Shown: positions 39,303-47,694 of the stretch, piece by piece
How the letters are laid out: the number at the start of each line of letters is the position of its first letter
Position numbering within the stretch: position 1 is the first letter of the stretch
From: Dehalococcoidia bacterium
GTDB lineage: Bacteria > Chloroflexota > Dehalococcoidia > Lucifugimonadales > GCA-002694895
Assembly: GCA_029936815.1 (NCBI GenBank)
Contig: JAPYRX010000007.1
Coordinates: forward strand, 3,129 to 67,128
DNA: 64,000 nucleotides
Reading direction: 5' to 3'
Notes under the pieces: generated by a model
What the model was told of the DNA's origin: nothing
What the model saw: the letters and a program-made list of their open reading frames with translations, nothing else
Database searches by the model: none
Program-made: the position numbers and the translations under genes

Positions 39303-39593
39303 TTAAATCCAATAATCGGACCAGAAATTACTAATAACATCGCCTAAAATAATTGAATAAACTGCTAAACCCACATAAGCAGTTGCCGATATAAATCCCA
39401 TAAAATAAAATGGAGCTCTAAATTTATTCCAACTTTTACTTACGGAGCCTGATTCCAAAAGAGAAGGAATAATTGCGTGAGCAAGTAGCATGTTTCCTGA
39501 AAAAGAAAATGCACAAACAAGCATAAGCCAAATATTATTTACTATTTTGTGTAGTTCAATGTAGTCTTGCTGAGTTATAGCAAATGGATCCAT
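39303..39593 (-). CDS. Small two-TM membrane protein, first gene of the ACIII cluster
   Basis: 96-aa ORF ending 18 nt before actA on the same strand. Two hydrophobic helices and no recognised family. Confidence 0.45.
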   Translation of the reverse strand: MDPFAITQQDYIELHKIVNNIWLMLVCAFSFSGNMLLAHAIIPSLLESGSVSKSWNKFRAPFYFMGFISATAYVGLAVYSIILGDVISNFWSDYWI

Positions 39594-39668
39594 TTTAACC
39601 TCACTTAATTTATCTAGTGAAAAGTATCACAGATTGTGATTGTTGTGTCAATAAAATACAGGTATTTT

Positions 39669-40856
39669 TTACATTAATTCAAAATATTTATACGCAGACC
39701 CTGTATTCATTAACAAAATTGTCTCGTCTTTATCTATTTTTTTTTCACTAACTAATTTGTTTAATCCAACGTATGTAGCCGCTCCTTCTGGGGCAGGCAA
39801 TATACCTTGAGTACTTGCAATTAATTTCATATTATCGATCATATCTTCATCTTCAATCGCAGCTACACCGCCACCACTTTCTCTCAAAGCTTGTAAAATC
39901 AAATAATCCCCAACTGCAACAGGTACTCTCATACCAGCGGCTTTTGTAGAAGCGTTTTCCCATAATTCTGCATGTTGCGTATTTTCTTCAAAAGCTTTTA
40001 CTATTGGAGCACATCCTGTTGCCTGAATTGTAAACATTTTTGGCCTTTTCGATCCAATCCATCCTAAAGATTCCATTTCGTCAAAAGCTTTCCACATCCC
40101 AACTATTCCTGTCCCGCCTCCAGTAGGATATATTATCGAATCAGGTAATTCCCAATCAAATTGTTCAGCAATTTCATAGCCCATGGTTTTCTTTCCTTCC
40201 TGCCTGTAGGGTTCTTTTAAAGTTGACACATCAAATAAATTTTCTTTGTCTGCAAATTCATTTGATAATCTACCGGCATCGTTTATCAAGCCATCTATCA
40301 AATTCAATGACGCTCCAGCAAGAATAGATTCTTTTTGGTTCATGATTGGTGCATCCTTAGGCATAAACACATGAGCATCAAGATTTCCTGCAGCAGCATA
40401 GGCTGCCATTGCACCTGCTGCATTCCCTGCAGAAGGCATCGTAACATTTTTTATGCCCAATTCTTTTGCCTTGGATAATGCGGCAGACATACCTCTTGCT
40501 TTAAAAGATGCTGTTGGATTTAATCCTTCATCTTTAATATGCAAATCAGTATATCCTTCGATTTTTCCTAAATTTTCAGCTCTGAAAATCGGGGTGAACC
40601 CTTCTCCTAAACAAATAACATTACTAGGGTCTTTTACTGGCATCATTTCAAAATATCTCCACATATTTGGATCTCGATTTACCAAATCTTCTTTTGACAT
40701 GCTTTTCTTCACAGATTCAATGTCATACCTAGCATACAAAACTCTTCCACATTTAATACATAATTTGTTAATCTCATCCACAGAATATTTTTCTCCACAT
40801 CCTGGGTATGTACATTCAAGTTCAACTACATAACTTCTCATAATATAAGCCTTCAT
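39669..40856 (-). CDS. thrC: Threonine synthase (short form with N-terminal zinc ribbon)
   Basis: CTYPGCG...CIKCG ribbon, PLP-lysine motif SFKARG, and the fold-type II glycine loop GGGTG. Confidence 0.8.
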   Translation of the reverse strand: MKAYIMRSYVVELECTYPGCGEKYSVDEINKLCIKCGRVLYARYDIESVKKSMSKEDLVNRDPNMWRYFEMMPVKDPSNVICLGEGFTPIFRAENLGKIEGYTDLHIKDEGLNPTASFKARGMSAALSKAKELGIKNVTMPSAGNAAGAMAAYAAAGNLDAHVFMPKDAPIMNQKESILAGASLNLIDGLINDAGRLSNEFADKENLFDVSTLKEPYRQEGKKTMGYEIAEQFDWELPDSIIYPTGGGTGIVGMWKAFDEMESLGWIGSKRPKMFTIQATGCAPIVKAFEENTQHAELWENASTKAAGMRVPVAVGDYLILQALRESGGGVAAIEDEDMIDNMKLIASTQGILPAPEGAATYVGLNKLVSEKKIDKDETILLMNTGSAYKYFELM

Positions 40857-40995
40857 TTAAGAATTATAATTATTAAATTATAATTTTATTTCACACAAAA
40901 ATATTCACAAATTTTGATTGTTAGTTACAAAAATATAAAAAGTCTTATATAATTTCATATAGAATTAATAAATATTGTTTTAATTGGGAGGAAAT

Positions 40996-42327
40996 ATGAC
41001 AACCCCTATAGAAAAAAAATACATTGCATCAAGATCAAAATCTGAAGAAAAATTTAAATCTGCTCAAAGCCTGTTCCCTAATGGAGTTACACATGATGCA
41101 AGAATGATGAGTCCTTTCCCGTATTACATATCCCATTCAGAAGGATCAAAAAAATGGGATATAGATGGTAATGAATATGTTGATTACAAATCTGGACATG
41201 GGTCAATGTTACTTGGGCATGCACATCCCGAAATAGTGAAAGTAGTAAGTGAAACTGTCGCCAAAGGTAGCCTGCCAGGAGCCTCTACTGAATTAGAAGT
41301 TGCTTGGGGAAAAGCTATTCAAGATTTAGTCTCCTCTGCAGAAAAAATTAGATTTACAAGTTCTGGTACAGAAGCTGACATGATGGGGATGAGAATCATG
41401 CGAGCTTATACAGGAAAAAATAAAATTGTTAAATTTGAGCATCATTTTCATGGATGGAGTGATTGTGCTTCAGCTACAGGCGGTTCCGATGACAATTGGG
41501 AATATGGAGTTCCTCAACAAATTCTAGATACAATGATTGTTATCCAACCTAATGATATTTCAATACTAGAAAATCTTTTAAATAAAGACGATGATATAGC
41601 AGGAGTTATGTTAGAGCCAACAGGTGCTCACATGGGACTTCATCCAATCAGACAATCTTTCCTTAAAGAATTAAGACAATTATGTACAGACAGAGGCTTA
41701 GTGTTAATGTTTGACGAAGTTGTAACTGGATTCAGAGTTGCCAAAGGTGGAGCAGAAGAATATATGGGTGTTACGCCCGACATAAGTTCTTGGGCGAAAA
41801 TTTTAGGAGGAGGAATGCCAGGAGGATGCGTAACAGGTAAGGCCGAATTTATGGACATAATTGAAAAAGCATCGGGTAGTAAAGGAATTTATCATCCAGG
41901 TACTTTTAACGCAAACCCCATATCGGCTGCAGCAGGTGCAACGGCATTAAGCATAGTTAAAAATTCTAATGTTAATGAAATCGCAGCAAAAAGAGGTCAG
42001 AAATTAGTAGACGGATTAAATGGAGTATTATCAAAACTAGAAATACCAGGATTAGCATACGGACAAGATTCCTTGGTTCATTTTAAACTAGGCGTCGACG
42101 CAGACTCTGTTGAAGATATCATAACTATGACAAAGGAAGAAGAAGCAAAAGCATATGATGGGTCAGTACATCATCAACTAGGGTTATCTTTACTCAACCA
42201 AGGAGTAGATACTTGGTCAGCTGCCAGATTTATAATGATGGCCTCACACACAGAAGATGATGTGAACAAAACTGTATCTGCAATGGAAAATGCATTCATT
42301 GAAGCTAGAGATCAAGGATCAATATAA
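40996..42327 (+). CDS. Class-III aminotransferase (glutamate-1-semialdehyde 2,1-aminomutase-like)
   Basis: GHGSMLLGHAHP, FDEVVTGFR and the PLP-lysine context WAKILGGGMPGG. Start placed at the ATG at 40996, preceded by GGGAGG. Confidence 0.8.
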   Translation: MTTPIEKKYIASRSKSEEKFKSAQSLFPNGVTHDARMMSPFPYYISHSEGSKKWDIDGNEYVDYKSGHGSMLLGHAHPEIVKVVSETVAKGSLPGASTELEVAWGKAIQDLVSSAEKIRFTSSGTEADMMGMRIMRAYTGKNKIVKFEHHFHGWSDCASATGGSDDNWEYGVPQQILDTMIVIQPNDISILENLLNKDDDIAGVMLEPTGAHMGLHPIRQSFLKELRQLCTDRGLVLMFDEVVTGFRVAKGGAEEYMGVTPDISSWAKILGGGMPGGCVTGKAEFMDIIEKASGSKGIYHPGTFNANPISAAAGATALSIVKNSNVNEIAAKRGQKLVDGLNGVLSKLEIPGLAYGQDSLVHFKLGVDADSVEDIITMTKEEEAKAYDGSVHHQLGLSLLNQGVDTWSAARFIMMASHTEDDVNKTVSAMENAFIEARDQGSI

Positions 42328-42334
42328 ATAAATA

Positions 42335-43003
42335 ATGGGGTTCACTAAAAATCTATACTCCGAAACAAAAGAAATTCAGTCATTAATTATTAATCACGAA
42401 TTTCCGATGAGAATAGCAGATGGATCATTAGATATTTCCTGTTTTAAACATTTCATAGAACAGGATTATTATTTCCTTATTGAATACAGCAAAATATTAG
42501 GACTAGCAACAATAAAATCTCCTGACTATGAAACTATGAGTAAATTCAGCGTCCTACTTGAAGAAACACTCAATAATGAAATGCAGTTACACATTTCATT
42601 CTGCAAAAAACTAGGCATAGAAGAATCGACATTAAAAAAATTAATACCAACAACAGCAACTAGTGCGTATACCAATTTCTTAGTAAAAACTGGTTATGAA
42701 TGTAATTTCCCTGAAATTACAGCAGCCTTACTTCCTTGTATGGCAACGTATGCAGAAATAGGAACAAAATTAAATGCAATAAAACTAACAAATATTAATG
42801 AGCCTTATAAAGAATGGATCAAAATGTATTCAAGTCAAGAATTTCAAGATTTGTCAGAATGGATGACTGAACTTGTAGACAAAACAGCGGAAAATTGTAC
42901 TGAATATGAAAAAAACAAAATGAAAGAAGTATATATACAAAGCTGTAAATTCGAATTGGATTTTTGGTCAAGTAGCTTAGATAAAACTAGATGGAATAAC
43001 TAA
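42335..43003 (+). CDS. tenA: TenA-family thiaminase II / aminopyrimidine aminohydrolase
   Basis: 222 aa. FIEQDYYFL and the active-site Cys context LLPCMATYAEIG. Confidence 0.75.
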   Translation: MGFTKNLYSETKEIQSLIINHEFPMRIADGSLDISCFKHFIEQDYYFLIEYSKILGLATIKSPDYETMSKFSVLLEETLNNEMQLHISFCKKLGIEESTLKKLIPTTATSAYTNFLVKTGYECNFPEITAALLPCMATYAEIGTKLNAIKLTNINEPYKEWIKMYSSQEFQDLSEWMTELVDKTAENCTEYEKNKMKEVYIQSCKFELDFWSSSLDKTRWNN

Positions 43004-43231
43004 TAACCTAGTTCTCCATGAGCCCATAATTCTATGAAATTGAAAGAATGTTTTAAATTTAAAAATATAAAAAATTGTGTGACTCTTTGGCTATTCCAAT
43101 GATTGGTGGAGCTATAATTGCATTGATTATCTGTTATATAAAATAAGAAAAGTTAAACGAAAATTAAATTGTCACAGGTATGTATAAGCCCCAACCACTA
43201 TTATCGTATTTTCCATATTATCTATATAATT

Positions 43232-43588
43232 TTAAATAGAATTAAGTTTAGATTTAAAAATTTCAACAAATTTTGAAACATTCCCTTCACAATTTTTCAA
43301 CTCTTCGCTATTTAAAAGCATAGTATATTCATTATTATTTTCAATCAACACACAAGGTGTTTTTGCATCAGTGAATTTTGCCATATGATTCGACTGCTCA
43401 TTTAAATGTAGTAACCTAAATGAAAAAGAAAAATCATTTATAAATTTTTTCCAAATTCTTTTTTTATATATTAAGGAATGAGTAATATCACATAGTTCAC
43501 AATGATTAGAATTAGATATTTTTCCTATAGCGTACTTTATTTCCCCTACAATACCACCATCTGAATTATAAATACCAAATATTTCCAT
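43232..43588 (-). CDS. Hypothetical CxxC protein
   Basis: 118-aa ORF with a HCELCDITH motif. GAGGAG lies upstream of the ATG. Function unknown. Confidence 0.45.
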   Translation of the reverse strand: MEIFGIYNSDGGIVGEIKYAIGKISNSNHCELCDITHSLIYKKRIWKKFINDFSFSFRLLHLNEQSNHMAKFTDAKTPCVLIENNNEYTMLLNSEELKNCEGNVSKFVEIFKSKLNSI

Positions 43589-43680
43589 AAAATCAAATCT
43601 CCTCTAGTACTTTCCTTATTACGTAAAGTTTTATACTCTCATTATAATATCTGCTTTTAAAAAACTTTGCCAAAGGTATG

Positions 43681-43886
43681 TACAACCTACAACAACAAAA
43701 CCTAAGCCATACCCCCTATCAACATCTAAAGCTAACAATCCACCACCAACAGAACTACCAACGCAACATGCCACCAAAGAATCATCCAACCATTAGAAAC
43801 AAACCTATTAAAGCAACGCCCAACCCATCAACTACACCACTTACTTACCAAACAAGCTATGAAACAAATGATGTACTATTTGTTTC
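43681..43886 (+). other. A+C-rich, G-depleted tract ending in a 9-bp hairpin (candidate ncRNA or protein-binding region)
   Basis: My count for 43681..43860 is A 79, C 64, T 27, G 10. Hairpin GAAACAAAT-N8-ATTTGTTTC at 43861..43886. TATAAT at 43643..43648 upstream. Confidence 0.25.
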
Positions 43887-44125
43887 ACACAAGAAGGGAA
43901 ATCTCTGTATCAACCTGAAATTTCTTACACTTTTTTACACTTTCTGAACCATCTTGGTGTCTATTGGTATCAAGATTAAAAGATTATATATCTCTCTCGA
44001 AGTACCATATACATATATATAATCTACCTGAAAGCCAATCGGCAAACTTCTATAGAATATAGCTTAAAAAAGTAGAAGTGGGCTACAAAGTGGGCTAGAG
44101 TGTATTTCAACAATAGACAATCTTT

Positions 44126-44134
44126 TGATATACT
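44126..44134 (+). promoter_or_regulatory. Extended -10 promoter element (TGATATACT) for tRNA-Gln
   Basis: A TGnTATACT match ends 11 nt before the tRNA 5' end. The -35 is weak (TTCAAC at 17-nt spacing). Confidence 0.3.
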
Positions 44135-44145
44135 GAGGGACACGA

Positions 44146-44216
44146 TGCCCGATGGTGTAATGGTAGCACGAAGGACTTTGAATCCTCAGATCCAGGTTCG
44201 AATCCTGGTCGGGCAG
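44146..44216 (+). tRNA. tRNA-Gln (anticodon UUG), no encoded CCA
   Basis: Hand-folded cloverleaf: acceptor TGCCCGA/TCGGGCA, D stem GTGT/GCAC, anticodon loop CTTTGAA, T arm CCAGG-TTCGAAT-CCTGG. The U1-A72 pair and G73 discriminator are typical of bacterial tRNA-Gln. One A-C mismatch in the anticodon stem. Confidence 0.85.
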
Positions 44217-44219
44217 ATT

Positions 44220-45020
44220 TTAATGCTCTATTACTGTCCCTCCATTAATATTTATTGATTGACCTGTAATCCAAGAAGTAACTTTAGTGCAAAGATGGGC
44301 TATTAAATCTCCAACCTCATCATCCGTTCCTACTCTTCCAATAGCAGTATTTTTAGCTGCAGCTTCCATATCCAATCCATCCATTCTAGAAGTCTCCGTA
44401 TAACCTGGACAAACACAATTAACATTAATATTATATTGACCTAATTCCCTAGCCATAGATTGAGTCATGCCAACAATGGCAAAATTAGCCGCATTATATG
44501 CAAGCGTATTTGCAGTACCGCTTTTTCCTGCAGTAGAAGAAAGATTTACAATTTTTCCTCCTTGTCCTTGGTCCATAAGAACCTTAGAAACTGCTTTTGC
44601 ACACAAATAACTACCCAATACCTTAATATCATTTACTTTTTTAAATACATCTTCTGGGAGGTCGACAATCGGAACTCTGTCTTCAGCTCTTGCATAAGCA
44701 GCATTATTAACCAGAATATCAATTCTTCCAAATTTATCTAAAGTAGCGTTTATCATCTCACTGACTGATTGTGATGAAGTTACATTTGATACTAGTGGTA
44801 ATGCTTTTGATCCCACTAGTTCGATTTGCTCTGCAGTACTATTTATATCTTTCCATCCAATTTCTTTTTCATCTTCTGGGTAATCAACAGGATTTTTTCC
44901 TGTTCCTGTTACAACCACATTGGCGCCTAATTTAGCTAAAGATACAGCGGCAGCTCTACCAATTCCTCGTAATCTACCTGCTCCAGTTACAATAGCAACT
45001 TTACCTTCTAATTCTAACAT
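44220..45020 (-). CDS. Short-chain dehydrogenase/reductase (FabG-like)
   Basis: TGAGRLRGIG cofactor motif, NNAA, and catalytic S...YNAANFA (YxxxN in place of the classical YxxxK). Confidence 0.85.
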   Translation of the reverse strand: MLELEGKVAIVTGAGRLRGIGRAAAVSLAKLGANVVVTGTGKNPVDYPEDEKEIGWKDINSTAEQIELVGSKALPLVSNVTSSQSVSEMINATLDKFGRIDILVNNAAYARAEDRVPIVDLPEDVFKKVNDIKVLGSYLCAKAVSKVLMDQGQGGKIVNLSSTAGKSGTANTLAYNAANFAIVGMTQSMARELGQYNINVNCVCPGYTETSRMDGLDMEAAAKNTAIGRVGTDDEVGDLIAHLCTKVTSWITGQSININGGTVIEH

Positions 45021-45045
45021 TTCATTTCCTTTAAAAAATTATTGG

Positions 45046-45213
45046 TTAAATTTGATCTCTTGATTTAAATACAGAATCATTTGGTAAAAGATCATTCATT
45101 TGCTTCTTTTTATCTTTTTTTGATTTCATACCAAAAATCGATAAAAAGAAACCCATTCCTCCTAAGAAAAAAGTCTTCATAAAAGATCTTCTAGTTAATT
45201 CGTTTTCATTCAT
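45046..45213 (-). CDS. 55-aa twin-arginine signal micro-protein
   Basis: My own translation gives MNENELTRRSFMKTFFLGGMGFFLSIFGMKSKKDKKKQMNDLLPNDSVFKSRDQI. AAGGAG lies 7 nt upstream of the ATG. The ORF sits between the ilvD stop and the SDR start. Confidence 0.5.
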   Translation of the reverse strand: MNENELTRRSFMKTFFLGGMGFFLSIFGMKSKKDKKKQMNDLLPNDSVFKSRDQI

Positions 45214-45227
45214 CAAAATACTCCTTT

Positions 45228-46904
45228 TTATTCACCTGATGTTACAGCACCTATACTCGCAGAGGAAACCAATTTAGCATACTTTCTTAAAAAAGCATTT
45301 TTTGTGCTAGTTGGTGGCGCTTGCCAACCAGATTTACGTTTATTAAATTCATCTTCAGTTATATGTAAGGTTAATTGTTTTGCGTCAGCATCCATACTAA
45401 CAGTATCCCCGTTTTTCACAAAAGCTATAGGACCGCCAACAGCTGCTTCTGGGGCTACATGACCAATACTTGGGCCTCTAGTTGCACCAGAAAATCTCCC
45501 ATCTGTTATCAACATAGTAGTATTACCAAGTCCAGCTCCCATAATAGCTCCTGTTACTGCCAACATTTCCTGCATTCCAGGACCACCCTTCGGTCCTTCA
45601 TATCTTATAATTACCACATCTCCATCGACCACCTCTCCCGATGTAATCGCATTAAATGCTTCTCTTTCACCATTGTAGACCTTTGCCGGGCCTTCGTGTT
45701 TAATATGCTTAGTTCCGGCAACTTTGAATACTGCCCCTTCAGGTGCCAGATTACCTTTTAATATAATCAATCCTCCAGTAGAACTTCTAGGGGATGTATG
45801 AGGATATATTACTTTTTTATCCGGTTTTATTTTCACATCAGATAAATTTTCAGACATAGTTTTTCCAGTGATGGTCAATTCATCTCCATGCAAAAGTCCT
45901 GCGTCTAATAATTCTTTCAATATAACTGGTACTCCACCTGATTTGTCAACATCACTCATCACATATTTTCCGCCAGGTCTTAGATCAGTTATATAAGGAG
46001 TTTTATCACTTAAAGTATTAAAAATTTCAATATCAAGATCAACTCCAGATTCATGAGCAATTGCCAATAAATGCAAGACAGCATTAGTTGATCCTCCCAT
46101 TGCAAGTACCGCAGTAATAGCATTCTCAAAAGCTTTTTTTGTCATTATATCTCTAGGTTTAATATCCTTTCTTAAAAGCTCAATTAAGTATTCTCCTGAT
46201 TTTATAGCAACATCCTCATTTCTAGGATCGATTGCTGGAATAGAAGATGCTCCAGGAATTGCCATTCCCATAGCCTCAATAGCAGCAGCCATCGTATTAG
46301 CTGTAAACATCCCTGAACAAGCTCCTTCCCCTGGACAAGCAACTTTTTCCATTTCAATTAACTCTTTTAAAGACAAATCTCCTCTTGAATACTTACCTAC
46401 GGCTTCAAACATATCTTGCACATTAATATCTTCTCCATTGTAATTACCTGGTAAAATTGCTCCTCCATAAACAAAAATAGAAGGTACATTTAACCTCCCC
46501 ATTGCCATCATAATACCGGGCATATTTTTATCACAAGCTCCCACAGCCAAAAGTCCATCTAAACTTTCTCCAAAAACCACTGCTTCAATTGAATCTGCGA
46601 TTATTTCACGAGTTACTAGGGATGCTTTCATACCTTCGGTTCCCATAGAAATACCATCACTAATTGTTATTGTTCCAAACATCATTGGCACCATCCCTGC
46701 ATTCCTTACTCCTGCTTTAGCTTTTTTCGCAATTCTATCCAAATGAACATTACAAGGTGTTACATCAGATGCCAAATTTGCTATCCCTATAAAAGGCTTA
46801 TTCATATCATCATCATTGAGCCCCATTGCTCTTAGCATAGAACGTGCTGCAGCACGTTCGGCACCTTGGGTCACTACTCTACTTTTCTTATTTAATATTT
46901 CCAT
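45228..46904 (-). CDS. ilvD: Dihydroxy-acid dehydratase
   Basis: 558 aa with ILVD/EDD signatures ([17 protein letters not shown]). Confidence 0.95.
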   Translation of the reverse strand: MEILNKKSRVVTQGAERAAARSMLRAMGLNDDDMNKPFIGIANLASDVTPCNVHLDRIAKKAKAGVRNAGMVPMMFGTITISDGISMGTEGMKASLVTREIIADSIEAVVFGESLDGLLAVGACDKNMPGIMMAMGRLNVPSIFVYGGAILPGNYNGEDINVQDMFEAVGKYSRGDLSLKELIEMEKVACPGEGACSGMFTANTMAAAIEAMGMAIPGASSIPAIDPRNEDVAIKSGEYLIELLRKDIKPRDIMTKKAFENAITAVLAMGGSTNAVLHLLAIAHESGVDLDIEIFNTLSDKTPYITDLRPGGKYVMSDVDKSGGVPVILKELLDAGLLHGDELTITGKTMSENLSDVKIKPDKKVIYPHTSPRSSTGGLIILKGNLAPEGAVFKVAGTKHIKHEGPAKVYNGEREAFNAITSGEVVDGDVVIIRYEGPKGGPGMQEMLAVTGAIMGAGLGNTTMLITDGRFSGATRGPSIGHVAPEAAVGGPIAFVKNGDTVSMDADAKQLTLHITEDEFNKRKSGWQAPPTSTKNAFLRKYAKLVSSASIGAVTSGE

Positions 46905-46960
46905 AACTCACCTTATACAAATTTATATTGTAATTATAATAATTTTATTTAATATTTCCA

Positions 46961-47689
46961 TTAAAAGAGTGGCTTTCTAAATGGTTTGTTATTCGATCTT
47001 GGATATTTAATATCAATATCATTAGATTTTTGTATTATAACTAAAACACGATTTCGTTTTACCAAACTAAATGGAATTTCAAAAACATCAATCAAAGAAG
47101 CACTAAATAAATCAACAGTTTTAATCATCGAATCATACTCGTTTTCTGACAAATTTGATTTGTGAAAAATACAGTAGCCTCCATCTTTAAGTAAAGGTAA
47201 TGAAACTTCAATTAAAGACGGTAATTTTGCAACTGCTCTAGAGATAATCAAATCCTGTGATTCTCTGTATTTTTCTTCATGTCCTAAGTTTTCAATCCTG
47301 TCATTAATCACTTCAACATTTTTGACATTTAAAACTGAAATAATTTTACTTAGAAAGTCTGTTTTTTTATTTACAGAATCAACGAGTGTTAAATTTATAT
47401 CTTGCTTGCATAATTTAAAAGGTAATCCCGGAAATCCAGCTCCAGTTCCTATATCCATAACATTACGAATATCAATTTTATATTGACGCATAGGAAGAAA
47501 AATAGATAAAGAATCTAAAATATGTAGATCCACATAGTCATCTAAATCAGTTATAGATGTTAAATTGTATTTTAAATTTTCTGATCTTAAATATTTATAA
47601 TAATCTTCAAATTGAGCTATAAGTTCAGAATTATTATCTATAGATAATAATTCTAACCCTTGTTTTATCTTAAAATTTTCAATTAACAC
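46961..47689 (-). CDS. rsmG: 16S rRNA (guanine527-N7)-methyltransferase RsmG/GidB
   Basis: SAM-binding motif DIGTGAGFPGLP. 242 aa. Confidence 0.8.
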   Translation of the reverse strand: MLIENFKIKQGLELLSIDNNSELIAQFEDYYKYLRSENLKYNLTSITDLDDYVDLHILDSLSIFLPMRQYKIDIRNVMDIGTGAGFPGLPFKLCKQDINLTLVDSVNKKTDFLSKIISVLNVKNVEVINDRIENLGHEEKYRESQDLIISRAVAKLPSLIEVSLPLLKDGGYCIFHKSNLSENEYDSMIKTVDLFSASLIDVFEIPFSLVKRNRVLVIIQKSNDIDIKYPRSNNKPFRKPLF

Positions 47690-47694
47690 AGAAA

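Noticed and set aside
40857-40995. Looked for a TPP riboswitch (CUGAGA ... ACCUGAUCUGGAUAAUGCCAGCG-like core) upstream of the aminotransferase-tenA pair, and also upstream of thiL (59317..59323 leaves no space).
   Set aside because: No conserved THI-box core is visible. The region is almost pure A/T.
43075-43146. 23-codon hydrophobic micro-ORF (TTG start; ...AIPMIGGAIIALIICYIK) in the tenA-downstream gap.
   Set aside because: No Shine-Dalgarno sequence, a non-ATG start and no supporting context. Cannot be distinguished from chance.
43678-43947. 89-aa ORF from the track (Q/P/T/N/H-rich).
   Set aside because: Low-complexity translation of an A+C-rich tract, with SD-like bases directly abutting the ATG, no domain, and composition unlike other proteins here. 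It is treated as non-coding (see findings).
43004-44219. Possible genomic islet or integrated element next to tRNA-Gln. AGGTATGTA(T/C)AA occurs at about 43176 and about 43672, flanking the 118-aa gene, and could be att-like repeats.
   Set aside because: There is no integrase, recombinase or phage gene. The repeat core is only 9 nt, which is expected by chance in 64 kb. The region lies 5' of the tRNA rather than at its 3' end.
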